Shown here piece after piece: positions 11,501-23,200 of a DNA stretch of 64,000 nt. A program made the translations under genes and the position numbers. How positions within the stretch are numbered: the first letter of the stretch is position 1; each line of letters starts with the position of its first letter. The notes under the pieces are model-generated. The model worked only from the letters and a program-made list of their open reading frames with translations, ran no database searches and was not told where the DNA came from. The stretch is from NCBI GenBank assembly GCA_035489035.1, contig DATHKT010000020.1:24904-88903 (forward strand), in the 5' to 3' direction. Source of the stretch: Mucilaginibacter sp. (lineage in GTDB: Bacteria; Bacteroidota; Bacteroidia; Sphingobacteriales; Sphingobacteriaceae).

Positions 11501-11902
11501 AGCGGTCAATATAACTACAGCCTTTTGGATAAAAACCCGGAGAATGGTATCAACCTCTACCGCCTGAAACAGGAAGACTTCAATAGCAAGATCAGCTACT
11601 CAGATGTAGTGGAGGTACAATATGCTGATAAGAGTAATAACCTAACCGGCAGTGGCCACCTGAGTGTTTATCCCAATCCTGCGGTGAACACTATTAACTT
11701 AATCATTGATCCCAAAAAACAGGTAACAACCTATAGCATCAGGGTCACCAACAGTGCAGGTACAATAGTAAAACAAGCTACCACCACGCAACCCAACTGG
11801 CAGGATAATGTAAGCCGCCTGCTTACCGGAACCTACCTGATCCAGGTAGTAAATGGTAAGGACAACAGCCTTGTTGGGCAAACAAAATTTATCAAATTAT
11901 AA
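8516..11902 (+). CDS. Large T9SS type A cargo protein, array paralogue A2
   Basis: TTG start, signal peptide, YDWTG...W...NW motif, same core and CTD (VYPNP...KFIKL). Confidence 0.9.
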   Translation: MKQFILKIIILCALPIFFMGEVRAANTYDWTGNTSTNWAAASNWKKNNGTSTTYPGQSGNTDIVRIGVVTTIPTFYTYPVLANNITIASLTFGNDNSPVASFGGEMQLTVNATLTITGTLLQMHSATGGPANSGGTGSTVDDSDFEKFTFDEITTLLGTGTINCATFQVGDNTTGVNNSTVNATLVDIGNDYTTSTLTINVSGDCVLNSASKNNGTVVTRSSRSLISLQAGTLNITGKLNLTNNNVFKFVLQQYESLCLFSMDLYANANSPVLNLKGATPVLVGTSQYAANPVDFYNVNATGGTGTATVNYLGTNQRIYTYNGSLDPNEWIDVVPNDIYQNLTLSNSGTKTVDAGLLSVANNFTVSGTATVNMTSNNPTVIIGNDPAASGGGYYTIGGTTVNLGTGTVNITGSTFSNLGTTSIGTGLITFDSPSPTTLTTTAALAFSKVAFSGGGTKTLSSGSFSVLNTGVLTMSGATTLQAGGHLTLNSNSTSSATVAAIPSDCAINGNVSVQRYVTGGIGYRGYRLLSSPVNTGTNDANGNKQFSFNYITNSTYTTGLNGVAGGFTQGGNPTIYLWRENLIPSNASFTSGNFRGVGDLSASPNYLVIGDGTFNMPVGNGFLMFFRGGIGTPNPFQTTSTPLAATFTTTGILNQGSISVKDWYTPASPSLGFTTISGTIAVEGFNLVGNPYASSIDWSTYSTTNAAAGVYAAGGNVGPFAYILHTTGQGNGNYGTYDAVHNVIQNGGSKTIPSGMGFFVIASSNTASTLVFNEAAKTNTQVSPLNLYMGKPVATNTLSLLRLQLTQDTMSTDETLVLFDDNAKAGYDYKEDALYKTGTGKVSLSSTSSDQIALAINDLPLSLKGQIIPLKLSATIDGTYTLKMTEMKGIPQLYDVWLVDAFKKDSVNMRTTSTYSFTIAKGDTNTFGSTRFKLALRQNPAEMYKLLSFTADKVDNKAQVEVTWKVANEQNYTHFTLERSNNNSKTFEVIGGLTSSGQYNYSLLDKNPENGINLYRLKQEDFNSKISYSDVVEVQYADKSNNLTGSGHLSVYPNPAVNTINLIIDPKKQVTTYSIRVTNSAGTIVKQATTTQPNWQDNVSRLLTGTYLIQVVNGKDNSLVGQTKFIKL

Positions 11903-12448
11903 CCCCAAAAAGCTCCTGATTTTGAGGTTTCAGAAGCCGTTATTGAGACAAAATCATCCGGCGTATTAACCCATAATTAATTTATTGCCGCTATTTTCGG
12001 CTATTAATTACAGGCCAGCCCCATGGGCCGTTCATACTATTCATAATCGAAGATGTCGGATCAACACTTTAAATAGAAGCCTTAAAGCTCTGATAATACA
12101 TTACTTAAATTTAATACACTTAAGTGTTCCCAATTGGGCGTTGATAATAATATTAAAAGCCGTATAAAAAATGTTCTTTTTGCTTGATAAAGTGCATTTT
12201 ATCCCTTAAAATTGTATAAGGAATCATATTTACCTGGTGTAATGAAAAACAAAAAAGTTGTATTCCAACTCCTTGATCTTCATTATAAACGGATGCATTT
12301 CTTTGCTAAATATTTTTTATTATTTTAATAAAAACAATAAGTAATAAAACAAGTTGTACAACAACTATGCGTGGTGTTGATTAGTGTACTTTAATTATTA
12401 AGGTTGGTGCTGATTAACCAAGAGTTATTGACCTTAAACCTTTGAAAC

Positions 12449-15400
12449 GTGAAACAGCTTTTACTTAAAATATGTATTGTAAGCGCCCTGCTTATGATCT
12501 CTGCGCGAAGTGCTTTTGCGCAACTCACTTATGACTGGACCGGAACAACCAATACAGCATGGACTATCGCCAGTAACTGGAGTGTTGGCGGCGTAGCACA
12601 AACCGGAACCAATTATCCCGGCGGCGCAGGCCGGACAACTGATATTGTCCAGGTTGGTGTTGACGCAAGTATTACCGCGGCTCAATTTCCTGCTTTATCA
12701 TCATCTTTAACTGTAGCTTCAGTAACTTACGGATACAACAATAAACCAGTTAATACCAAGGCCAATATGGCATTAACAATTAACGGTGCCGGGGTGACGC
12801 TAACCGTTACAGGTGCGTTTTTACAAATGCACAGTCCCAATGGCGGCAACGCCAATAGTGGCGGAACGGGACCGGGTGTCGATTATACCGCAAGATTTAC
12901 CGCGATTACAACATCGATAATAGGAAATGGCACGCTTCATTGCGGATCACTTATAGTAGGCGATCCCACTACCATCCCCCAAAATTTATATACCAACGAT
13001 TATACACAGCTGCTTATTGGCAGTAATACTGGTGATAATCCTATAAATATAATAGTGGATAATGATTTTATACAAAACTCCGTAAGCACCCGGCTGGGTG
13101 GAGACCCAACCGTTATTGCCAGGAACATCCACACTGAAGTTTTTTTTTACCAGGGGACTTTAACTATAGGCGGCACACTTAAATTGGTGAATAATAAAGC
13201 GGATGGCAACGATTTTGCTTACTCACTGGATCAGTATTCTCCTTCAAATCATTTTACGATCCAACTTTTTGATGTAGTCAATGATGCCATTTTAAACCTG
13301 GGGGGAGCCCCATCTGTACAAATTGGTGATATAACAAGTCCAGACTATGCATTGACCAACAACTACATCGATTTTTATGAAATAATAAATACACCGCACA
13401 AAACAAGCACGGTAAATTATTCAGGCCCGGGCAACCAGGAGGTATTTGCTGATGGTGTAACAGGTATTGACAATACTACAGCGGTGTATCAGAACCTTGG
13501 TTTTGCGGGTGGTGGAATAAAAACTGTAGATGCAGGTTCACTTTCTATTGATGGTAATTTTAACCTGGCCCTCACCGGTACAGGGTCGGTCGACTTAAAA
13601 ACCAATAACCCCGTAGTTAATATCGCAGGGACTTTTACATCCAACAGCACAAACGATATACTTAACCAGGGTACGGCAGCTATCAACATCACAGGCCTTG
13701 CAACAAATGCCGGCGATATTGATCAATTGAGTTCAGGCGCTTCGGGCACTATAGCTTTCAATGGAGGATTTACCAATACGGGTAATTTAAATCAAACCAA
13801 CGGAGATATTACGGTTACCGGATCTGTATCAAACACAGGAAACCTGAACCTTGGTTCGGCCAATTTCAGTGTTTCAGGAGATTACAGCAATAGTGGTAAT
13901 TATACTCAAACTACAGGTACCACTATATTTAATGGAACAGGTGCTCAGGATTTAGCCGGTGGAGCAGGTGCAGGTACTGCTTTCCATAACGTAACATTTA
14001 GTGGTGGCTCAAACAAAACATTGCAAAGCGGTAATTTTTCTGTAGCAAGCAGCGCTGTGATGACACTGAGCGGCACCAATACCCTGGTGACTGCCGGTAC
14101 AGGCAATTTGACGCTTATTTCGGATGCGGGTGGTTCTGCAACAATTGCCACTCTCACCAATGGCTGCCAGGTAAACGGGAGCAACATAACTGTGCAGCGG
14201 TACATAGCAGCGCTTCGTGGTTACCGTTTAATGTCTTCCCCTATATATGCGGCTACAGTAGGATCAAACAATGTTTACAGCATAAATTATTTACAGGCGA
14301 ATACGGTATTGACGGGTATGGGTGGTGGTTTTGATAAGGTAAGCAGCCCAACACTTTATTTATACCGTGAGGATGTGCCTGTTTCAAACTCCTCATTCTT
14401 AACCGGCAACTACAGGGGTATACATGATATAACCACTCCGCCCGATTATACGGTTGAAGGTGATGCCGCTTCCTATAACATTCCAACCGGTAACGGATAT
14501 CTATTCTTTTTCAGGGGATATAGTGATAAAAGCCCGGCTTCTATCGCTGCGGAAACTTTAACAACTTATGTTGCCACAAGCGCCACGGTAGCGGCTACCG
14601 GCTCGTTAAATCAAGGACCAATAATTTTCAGGGATTGGTATAATGCCGGGTCAGATAATTTAGGCAAATCAAATGTCGATCCGGCTGCCTACGGTTTTAA
14701 TTTAACCGGCAACCCGTATCCAAGCTCTATTGATTGGGAAACTTTTAATACCACCACCTCCGGAAGCGGAATTTATACGCAGGGCCTGGTTAGTACAGTG
14801 TATGAGCTTAACCCGGTAACCAAAAACTACGACATTTACCAGGTTGGAGGAAATTCTACCAATAATGGCAGCCGGTATATTGCAACCGGGCAAGGTTTTT
14901 TTGTACTTGCTGATTTTTCATCAGCGCTGGCGCCACAGCTTACATTTAATGAGTCGGCAAAAGCTACTGCACAACCAGCAATCTTATTGATGGGCAAACC
15001 TGCTGACCTGGTTACAAACAACCAATTTATGCGCCTGGAGCTTGGAAAAGATTCGATAGACAAGGATAATGTCCTGATCCGCTTTAACAGCAATGCCAAA
15101 GCCGGATATAATATCAAAGAGGATGCACCTTATAGAACCGGGTTGGGGGCTGTAAGTTTGGCCAGTATTTCGAGCGATAAAGTTATCCTGGGTATCAACC
15201 AGCTTCCATTAGCCTCCATGGGGCAAACCATTGCTTTGAAAATAGGCGCCACTACTGATGGTAGCTACATCTTAAACATGAAAGAGCTTGTCGGCGTACC
15301 ACAATTATATGATGTATGGCTGATGGATGCTTTCAAAAAGGATTCGGTTAATATGCGCACCGATAAACTATACAATTTTACCATTGCCAAAAGTGATACC

Positions 15401-16015
15401 AACACATTTGGTTCAAATCGTTTTAAACTGGTTGTGCGCCAAAACCCAGCCCAGATGTGTCAGCTGATCAGCTTTAATGCCAATAAGGTTACTAATAAAG
15501 CACAGGTTGAAGTAATTTGGAAAGCTGTTAACGAACAAAACTATACCCACTATACCGTAGAACGCAGCACCGATAACGGAAAGGTGTTTGAAGTGGTGGG
15601 TGGTTTAACCTCAAGCGGACAGGGTACCTATAGCCTGCTGGATAAAAACCCGGCAAACGGAATTAATAAATACCGCCTGAAACAGGAAGATTACAACAGC
15701 GTCATTACTTACTCAAACGTGGTAACTATCCAATACTCAGACAAAAGCAATAATCTTACAGGGAGCGGCCACCTGAGCGTTTACCCTAACCCGGCGGTAG
15801 GTAATATTAATTTAGCCATTGATCCGAAAAAACAGGTGACAGCTTATAGCATCAGGATCACCAATAGCGCGGGTACAATAGTAAAACAAGCGATCACTAC
15901 GCTACCAAACTGGCAGGATAACGTAAGCAAATTGCTCACGGGGACTTACCTGATACAGGTGGTTAACAATAAAGATAACAGCCTGGTTGGGCAAACCAAA
16001 TTTGTGAAACTGTAG
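12449..16015 (+). CDS. Large T9SS type A cargo protein, array paralogue A3
   Basis: GTG start, signal peptide ending AFA-Q, same core and CTD (VYPNP...KFVKL). Confidence 0.9.
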   Translation: MKQLLLKICIVSALLMISARSAFAQLTYDWTGTTNTAWTIASNWSVGGVAQTGTNYPGGAGRTTDIVQVGVDASITAAQFPALSSSLTVASVTYGYNNKPVNTKANMALTINGAGVTLTVTGAFLQMHSPNGGNANSGGTGPGVDYTARFTAITTSIIGNGTLHCGSLIVGDPTTIPQNLYTNDYTQLLIGSNTGDNPINIIVDNDFIQNSVSTRLGGDPTVIARNIHTEVFFYQGTLTIGGTLKLVNNKADGNDFAYSLDQYSPSNHFTIQLFDVVNDAILNLGGAPSVQIGDITSPDYALTNNYIDFYEIINTPHKTSTVNYSGPGNQEVFADGVTGIDNTTAVYQNLGFAGGGIKTVDAGSLSIDGNFNLALTGTGSVDLKTNNPVVNIAGTFTSNSTNDILNQGTAAINITGLATNAGDIDQLSSGASGTIAFNGGFTNTGNLNQTNGDITVTGSVSNTGNLNLGSANFSVSGDYSNSGNYTQTTGTTIFNGTGAQDLAGGAGAGTAFHNVTFSGGSNKTLQSGNFSVASSAVMTLSGTNTLVTAGTGNLTLISDAGGSATIATLTNGCQVNGSNITVQRYIAALRGYRLMSSPIYAATVGSNNVYSINYLQANTVLTGMGGGFDKVSSPTLYLYREDVPVSNSSFLTGNYRGIHDITTPPDYTVEGDAASYNIPTGNGYLFFFRGYSDKSPASIAAETLTTYVATSATVAATGSLNQGPIIFRDWYNAGSDNLGKSNVDPAAYGFNLTGNPYPSSIDWETFNTTTSGSGIYTQGLVSTVYELNPVTKNYDIYQVGGNSTNNGSRYIATGQGFFVLADFSSALAPQLTFNESAKATAQPAILLMGKPADLVTNNQFMRLELGKDSIDKDNVLIRFNSNAKAGYNIKEDAPYRTGLGAVSLASISSDKVILGINQLPLASMGQTIALKIGATTDGSYILNMKELVGVPQLYDVWLMDAFKKDSVNMRTDKLYNFTIAKSDTNTFGSNRFKLVVRQNPAQMCQLISFNANKVTNKAQVEVIWKAVNEQNYTHYTVERSTDNGKVFEVVGGLTSSGQGTYSLLDKNPANGINKYRLKQEDYNSVITYSNVVTIQYSDKSNNLTGSGHLSVYPNPAVGNINLAIDPKKQVTAYSIRITNSAGTIVKQAITTLPNWQDNVSKLLTGTYLIQVVNNKDNSLVGQTKFVKL

Positions 16016-16459
16016 TTCTCAGCCGTCTTTAAAACTCATTATAAGTGCAAAAAACTTCAGGCTTTGCTAACGCGGCCATTGTTTCCATGCTTTATGCTGA
16101 ATTAATACAGCCTGAATTCTTCTTAAAAGCAAGGGAGTGATTTTTGATCACATTCCCGCCAGCAGCGCGTTTTACGCCGAAAAAACCCTTAACAAGCTAA
16201 AATAACTCAGGAAACATGATTGTTACACAATCCCCGGCATTTAACTTGTGGACAAATAATTAATCATAAGGAATTTTATTATTCAATAGTTAAATTATAT
16301 GGTGGTTTTTAAAGATACGTCATCAATTTGGCCGGTTAAATTAATTTATGATTAATTAAAAAATAGTATTAAATATGAAACATCGTACAAAATCTCTCCG
16401 TAAGAATATGTCATAATAACACAATGGCTCATCGGCAATTTTGACTAATAACCTTATTC

Positions 16460-19400
16460 TTGAAAACACAACTACACCGAATTCTGCTTCTCCCCCTCTT
16501 TTTATTTTTATTTTTTGAAAAAGCCAACGCTTATACATTCGACTGGAAAGGTAACACCAGTGCTAATTGGGCCACAGCAAGCAATTGGACCAGGACAGGT
16601 TCTGGAGGTACAAGCACTTATCCGGGGCAAAGCGGTTCGGTAGATATCGTCAGGATAGGGGTAAATAATTATACAGGTAACCAGCCCACGCTGGCTGCTT
16701 CGGTCAGTGTAGCTTCTGTTGAATTTGGCGATAATAACGGCAATTCCATCACTTTAACCGTTAACACTGCGGTTGTACTTACAGTTACAGGTACAGTTTT
16801 ACAGGATCATAACGCGGCTAACGGGGGCATGACAGTCACTGTTACAGGGACGGGCACAGCCGGGCTCACTTGTTCCGCATTAATAGTTGGTAATAGCGCG
16901 GCGCCGCCGGTTCCCGATGGCGATTCTCTTTTTGGCGGCAATTTACCAACCAATAATACCACTACATTTGATTGCAATATTGCTGTTTTAACTATAAACG
17001 GCGATCTTACTTTACACAGTACCACTTCGGCATTGGCTACCTGGACCTTCTTTTTTGTGCCTATAGCATCCAATTATTCCGTTAATAATCCATTGTTCAA
17101 TCTTAACTCGGGCACGCTTACAGTCAACAATATTATAACCACTAATGGCTTATATGTAAGCCGGAATGATGGTTATTATTACGTGCAGACCACCGCGAAC
17201 TATAAAATGGATTTAGGTGCAAGTACCAATACGCTGAAATTATTAGGGGCCAACCCGATAACAACAGCTACCGCCGGCAACATAGATTTTGTAAGCGGGG
17301 GCACAGTAACAGCCAGCACAGTAAATTACGCTGCAACATCGGGCACCCAAACTATTTACACCAGTGCCGATGCCTCTGTGAGCCCGGCGCCAACCGTTTA
17401 CCCAAATCTGATACTTAGCGCTGCCAGTGCTAAAACCGTACATGGCGGCACATTAAGTATAGGCAGTGACTGGACGACCAGCGGAGGATCTGTGGGCCTG
17501 AATACGAATAATGCTATAGTAACTGTAGCCGATGATTGGACCAACTCAACCACTATTACACAAGGGACGGGAAGTATTTCAACCGGGGGGGATTTGAGCA
17601 ATACAGGCACCCTGACCCTTGGAACCGGAAACTTAACAGTAACCGGTAATTATACCAATAACGGCACCTATACACAAAGTATCGGCAATACCATATTTAA
17701 TGGCGCCTCACCCGCGTTAAATGATGGCGGCTCGGGTACAATATTTAATAATGTTACATTTAGCGGCAGTGGCACGGCGCTTTTAAACTCAGGGAGCTTT
17801 TCGGTATCAAATACCGGTACCTTAACAATGGCCAATACCAATATCTTAAATGCAAATGGCCATTTAACATTGATCTCTGGTTCTACCAGCACAGCAACCG
17901 TGGCTACCATTCCATCAACCTGCAGCATTACGGGCAACGTAGCGGTACAAAGGTATATAACTGGCGGCAGCGCCACATACCGGGGCTACCGCTTAATGTC
18001 TTCGCCTGTAAATGCAGGTACAGTTAGCGGTAATAAAGTTTACAGCATCAATTATCTAAAAAACTCAATGTATCTAACCGCTACAACTACCGCCGGCGGC
18101 TTCGATAATACCAGTACGGCTAATCCTACTTTATACCTGTACCGGGAGAACATGACACCGGCATATTCTACATTTTTAAACAGCAATTTCAGAGGGGTCA
18201 ATAATATCAACGCCTCGCCAGGCTATACTTTAGATGTGGATGGGTCCGGGTTTAATATTCCTGTTGGTAATGGCTTTTTATGCTTCTTTAGGGGTAACAG
18301 GGCTTCTGCTACTTTTGCTGCTGAAACAGTTTCAACCTATGTTCCGCAAGCCGCAACGTTAAGCACAACCGGTACATTAAACCAGGGGCAGGTAACCGTT
18401 ACAAACTGGTTTACGCCTGCCTCCGTAACCTTAAGTTGCACAGCCGGCTCCCCGGCTGCTGTAAAGGGCTATAATTTGGTGGGTAACCCTTACGCCAGTT
18501 CTATTGATTGGAACACTTTTCAAACTGCTTCAACTTCAACCAATATTTATGGTACGGCTAATGTTGGCAATACCATATGGATGCTTGACCCGGTAAGTAA
18601 AAACTTTGGCGCCTATGTAAGCGGCACTCCCGGTGGAACAGGAACCAACAGTTCTTCGCATGTAATAGCCAGCGGGCAGGCATTTTTTGTGGTGGTTTCT
18701 TCAGCGGGCGGCAAGCTTATTTTCAACGAGGGAGCTAAAACAGGCACCCAACCTAACCCGGTAACCGCCCCCAAGCTGCTGATGGGAATGCCTGCGGATT
18801 ATGCTGACAATCAATATCTGCGGCTGCAACTGGCTATGGATTCTGTTAATACAGATGATATTTTGCTTCGTTTTAAAAGTAACGTCAGCACTGCCTATGT
18901 TCCAAATCTTGATGCTGCTTATAAAACAGGGTTTGGTGTTGTAAGTCTGTCAAGCCTGTCAAGTGACCAAATCCCTTTGGCTATCAATGTGCAGCCTTTG
19001 CCTGATAATAGCGAAACCATCAAATTAACCATAAATACTGCTGCTGATGGAAACTATTCATTAAATATGAAGAATCTTGTAGGCATACCCCAGCTTTTTG
19101 ATATCTGGTTGATGGATGCTTTTAAAAAGGATTCATTGGATATGCGCCATAATACTTCTTATCATTTCAATGTACTAAAAAGCGATTCCAATACTTTTGG
19201 CTCAAAACGCTTTAGCCTTGTTATCCGCCAAAACCCTGCCTATGCGTATCATTTGCTTGATTTTGCCGCTGCAAAAGTGACCTCATCAACGGATAAGCAA
19301 GTACAGGTAACATGGAAAGCAGAGAATGAACAAAATTATACCCATTTCACAGTGGAACGCAGCATCGATAGCGCAAAAAACTTTGAAGTGATTGGAGGAG

Positions 19401-19810
19401 TGCAGGCCGGCGCCCGGGATAATTACAGTCTTTTGGACAAGGCTCCTATTGCAGGTCAAAATCTTTACCGCCTGAAACAGGAGGATATTAATAACAACAT
19501 CAGTTACTCTAAAATAGTTCCCGTAGCCTATGCCGACCTGAGCAACAATCTTGCTAAAAATGCTATCAACGTGTATCCTAACCCGGCAAAAAATACCATA
19601 AACCTGGCCATAACTGCCGATATTAACAAACCGGTTACTTACAATATCATGATCACCAACAGTTCAGGGTTGATTATCAAACAGGCTACTTCGGCCCAGC
19701 CGGAATGGCAGGCCAGTATTAACGACCTGCTTCCTGGCACTTACCTGGTAAAAGTGATCAATAACACAGACAACACCCTTGTAGGTAATACCAAGTTTGT
19801 AAAAATGTAG
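16460..19810 (+). CDS. Large T9SS type A cargo protein, array paralogue A4
   Basis: TTG start, signal peptide, same core and CTD (VYPNP...KFVKM). Confidence 0.9.
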   Translation: MKTQLHRILLLPLFLFLFFEKANAYTFDWKGNTSANWATASNWTRTGSGGTSTYPGQSGSVDIVRIGVNNYTGNQPTLAASVSVASVEFGDNNGNSITLTVNTAVVLTVTGTVLQDHNAANGGMTVTVTGTGTAGLTCSALIVGNSAAPPVPDGDSLFGGNLPTNNTTTFDCNIAVLTINGDLTLHSTTSALATWTFFFVPIASNYSVNNPLFNLNSGTLTVNNIITTNGLYVSRNDGYYYVQTTANYKMDLGASTNTLKLLGANPITTATAGNIDFVSGGTVTASTVNYAATSGTQTIYTSADASVSPAPTVYPNLILSAASAKTVHGGTLSIGSDWTTSGGSVGLNTNNAIVTVADDWTNSTTITQGTGSISTGGDLSNTGTLTLGTGNLTVTGNYTNNGTYTQSIGNTIFNGASPALNDGGSGTIFNNVTFSGSGTALLNSGSFSVSNTGTLTMANTNILNANGHLTLISGSTSTATVATIPSTCSITGNVAVQRYITGGSATYRGYRLMSSPVNAGTVSGNKVYSINYLKNSMYLTATTTAGGFDNTSTANPTLYLYRENMTPAYSTFLNSNFRGVNNINASPGYTLDVDGSGFNIPVGNGFLCFFRGNRASATFAAETVSTYVPQAATLSTTGTLNQGQVTVTNWFTPASVTLSCTAGSPAAVKGYNLVGNPYASSIDWNTFQTASTSTNIYGTANVGNTIWMLDPVSKNFGAYVSGTPGGTGTNSSSHVIASGQAFFVVVSSAGGKLIFNEGAKTGTQPNPVTAPKLLMGMPADYADNQYLRLQLAMDSVNTDDILLRFKSNVSTAYVPNLDAAYKTGFGVVSLSSLSSDQIPLAINVQPLPDNSETIKLTINTAADGNYSLNMKNLVGIPQLFDIWLMDAFKKDSLDMRHNTSYHFNVLKSDSNTFGSKRFSLVIRQNPAYAYHLLDFAAAKVTSSTDKQVQVTWKAENEQNYTHFTVERSIDSAKNFEVIGGVQAGARDNYSLLDKAPIAGQNLYRLKQEDINNNISYSKIVPVAYADLSNNLAKNAINVYPNPAKNTINLAITADINKPVTYNIMITNSSGLIIKQATSAQPEWQASINDLLPGTYLVKVINNTDNTLVGNTKFVKM

Positions 19811-20220
19811 TCAAAGGCGGCTTTAGGCATATACTTTTATTTCCGAACGACTATTTCTAAAAAGAGTTTTTCATAACGTCCAAAACACAGGTTTAATATG
19901 ATCTTGCCCGCACGATTCGGCCAAATATCATCAAATGTTCTAACTATTTTTCAACATATTAACATTTGTCAATAATACATGTGTAAAAACACGGTTGATT
20001 ACTTTTTGCTTATTGGTAAAATACAGTTTATAAATATTAATCTATAATATAATATTAACTAATAATATATACAAATTGACCATTTATTAATATAAACGAA
20101 ATATTTAATTGGTATATAAGCATTTATTGGTTACAAAAATTCACCTCCGGTAGTTTATGTCATAAAAAAAATACCTTAAAAATCATTAGTTTCGGGTCCA
20201 GTTACTTAAACTATGGTATT

Positions 20221-23200
20221 TTGAAAAGGCGGCTGTCGTATTTAGTTGTTTTATTGGTCCTATTGATATCTGCTATAAATGTTGTAGCGCAAGCTCCCAG
20301 CATTTCATACTCTCCATCAACCAATGCGTTGTTAAATGGCTTACCATTTTCCATTAGTCCTATTAATTCTGGCGGAGCGGTACCTGCTACCGTTTATGGC
20401 ACCATAACTACATTTGTGGGTAGCGCAGCAGGCGCAGGAGGCAGAGCAAATGGAACAGGCACTGGCGCTACTTTTAATTTACCTCGCAGTATTGCCATTG
20501 ACCTTGCCGGTAATCACTATATTTCTGATGCAGGCAACAATGAGATCAGGTTGGCTACTTCGGCTGGTGTTGTAACATTATTGGCAGGTAACGCAGCAGG
20601 TACAGCGGGTATGGCAAATGGCACAGGGACCGGGGCCTCTTTTAATTTACCCTATGATTTAACAACAGATCCCAGCGGAAATTTATATATAGCCGATTAT
20701 AACAACAATCAGATCAGGAAAATAACCATTGCAACGGGTGCGGTAACGCTGTTAGCGGGGAATGCAGGAGGGGGCACAGGTTCAGCCAATGGCACAGGAA
20801 CTGCAGCAAGTTTTAACGGGCCCGTAGGAATAGTGTACAATCCCGTGGATGGGTTCCTTTATGTTTCCGACTACGCAAATAATTTGATCAGAAAAGTTAG
20901 CCTTGCAGGAGTTGTTACAACATTTGCCGGCAGTGGTACAGCCGGCACTACCAATGCAACCGGTACCGCGGCACGATTTGACGGCCCTAACGGAATTGGT
21001 GTGGATGCAACCGGCAATATGTATGTGGGCGACCAGAATAATAACGAGGTCAGGAAAATCATAAGAGCAACTGCTGTAGTGAGTTTATTTGCCGGAAGCA
21101 CGGCCGGTACTGCCGGCACTACTGATGGTACTACCACGGGCGCAAGGTTTAACACCCCAAGAGGAATTACCGTAGATGCATCAGGCAACTTATACGTAAC
21201 CGATAGCGGAAACAATACGGTTAGATTGATAACCCCGGCAGGTTTGGTTTCAACGTTTGCGGGCGGCGCAGGTACTGCGGGTTACACAAACGCTGTTGGT
21301 ACCGCCGCACGATTTGACCAACCGAGAGGATTAGATTTTGATCCGGCTACAGGTAATTTATATGTCGCTGATTACAATAACAATGCCATACGTCAGATTA
21401 TAACAACCGGGTATTATATTAGCGCCCCCCTGCCTGCCGGGCTAGCCTTTGATAATACAACAGGCATTATCAGTGGCACCCCCACAGCGAATTTTGGCGC
21501 AACTCTTTATACTGTCTTTGCCTTTAACGCCACCGGAAGTTCGTCAACAACTATCACTTTATCCTGTACCACCCCTACAACAGTTACAAGATGGAGGGGA
21601 ACCACCAACACAACATGGACTACTGCATCCAATTGGAGCAATGGCGCGCCTACGACAACTGCAAGCATTGAAATTGGCACAGTTGCCTATACCGGCCTAA
21701 AACTCCAACCAACCATTAGTGCAAATGCTACCATTCAATCAATTGAATTTGGAACCCTTAATACACCTACCTTAACCATAAATTCCGGAATAACTTTAAC
21801 TGTTAATAGTGGTATGGGGGTTGATGCATCCTCAAATGCAACAATAAAAGGCCCGGGCACAATAAGTTTGGATGGCAGCTCGTATATTGTACCCGGAGGA
21901 TCAATAACTGTCGCGTTAAACGGGATAGTTAAGCTTGCTGCCACAGCCCAACTTGTTAATTCAGGCACATTTACTTTAGCTTCCGATGCCAGTGGCTCAG
22001 CATCTATCGGTGCCATTCCTTTAACCTCCAGCATAACCGGAACATTTGCAGTGCAGCGCTATGTATCAGGCGGCAGTAATACTTATCGTGGATATCGTTT
22101 GATGTCATCACCTGTATACGCTGCCCAGGTTAGCGGTAATAACGTTTATAGCTTAGATTATATAAAGACATCCGCGTTGATTACGGGCACCAACGGTTCT
22201 ACCGATGGATTTGATAAAGCAGGTAATCCCACCATTTATTTATTCCGCGAGGATCAGGCGGTATCCAATACAACATTTACCAGTGGTAATTATTTTGGCT
22301 TAAGTAAGATGAATAATGCACCATCTTACAATTTCTATTTCAATAATGTCGCCACATTACGGCAGATAACTGCCGGCAATGGCTTCTTATTCTTTTTCAG
22401 GGGCGACAGAACCACTAACCTGATTAACAAATATACTACAACCACCAGCGCGGAGAGTGTGACCTTTTCCTCATCAGGCACCCTGAATACTGGAACAATA
22501 GTTGTAAAAGACTGGTATCTTGCCTCTGGTCTCGGCTATAGCAGTACTGCTGGCAACGCCGCCGTGAAGGGCTTTAACCTGGTGGGCAATCCTTATCCCA
22601 GCTCAATTGATTGGGATACATTCGGTACCAGTATAACTGGCGCTAATCTTTCAAATACCATGTATATATTGGACCCAGTAAGTAAAAACTATCGTTCTTA
22701 TACAAAAGGGAATGGAGGAGTAGCAAGCGATGGTACTACTTCAGCCAATGTTATACCCAGCGGGCAAGGGTTTTTCGTACTGGCCACCGCTGCCAATCCC
22801 ACACTTACATTTACTGAAGCAGCCAAAACAGCTTCACAGGTGCCCAATATTAATCTCTACCTCGGAACACCTGCAGACAATGTTGTAAATAAGCAGAATC
22901 TGCATTTGCAATTAGCAAAAGATGAGATCAATACAGACGGTATCCAGATCAGCTTTAACAATAATCACATTAATGATCAGCCATATGATTATAAGGTGGA
23001 TGCACCTTACAAAGTGGGCTATGGTGCAGTGAGTTTATCCAGCAGATCGAGCGATAATGTCGACCTGTCAACACATACTGTTTCTTTACCGGGCCAGGGC
23101 AAAGCAATTATAGCCTTAAATGTAAGTGCCAAAGATGATGCTATCTATAAGTTAACCCTGAAAGATATCACCGGTATTCCACAGCTATATGATATTTGGC

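Noticed and set aside
11985-12330. Small ORFs in the A2-A3 spacer (60 aa at 11985; 28 aa at 12242)
   Set aside because: Near-cognate start or very short, no recognisable features, and no counterpart in the other spacers.
11630-16015. Recent gene conversion between the A2 and A3 3' ends
   Set aside because: Protein identity is about 89%, but synonymous positions are extensively diverged, which points to old duplication plus purifying selection.
20213-20224. uORF (ATG GTA TTT TGA) overlapping the A5 TTG start as a shared coupling mechanism
   Set aside because: I checked A1 and A2 and found no ATG-initiated uORF in the equivalent frame, so it is not a general feature.
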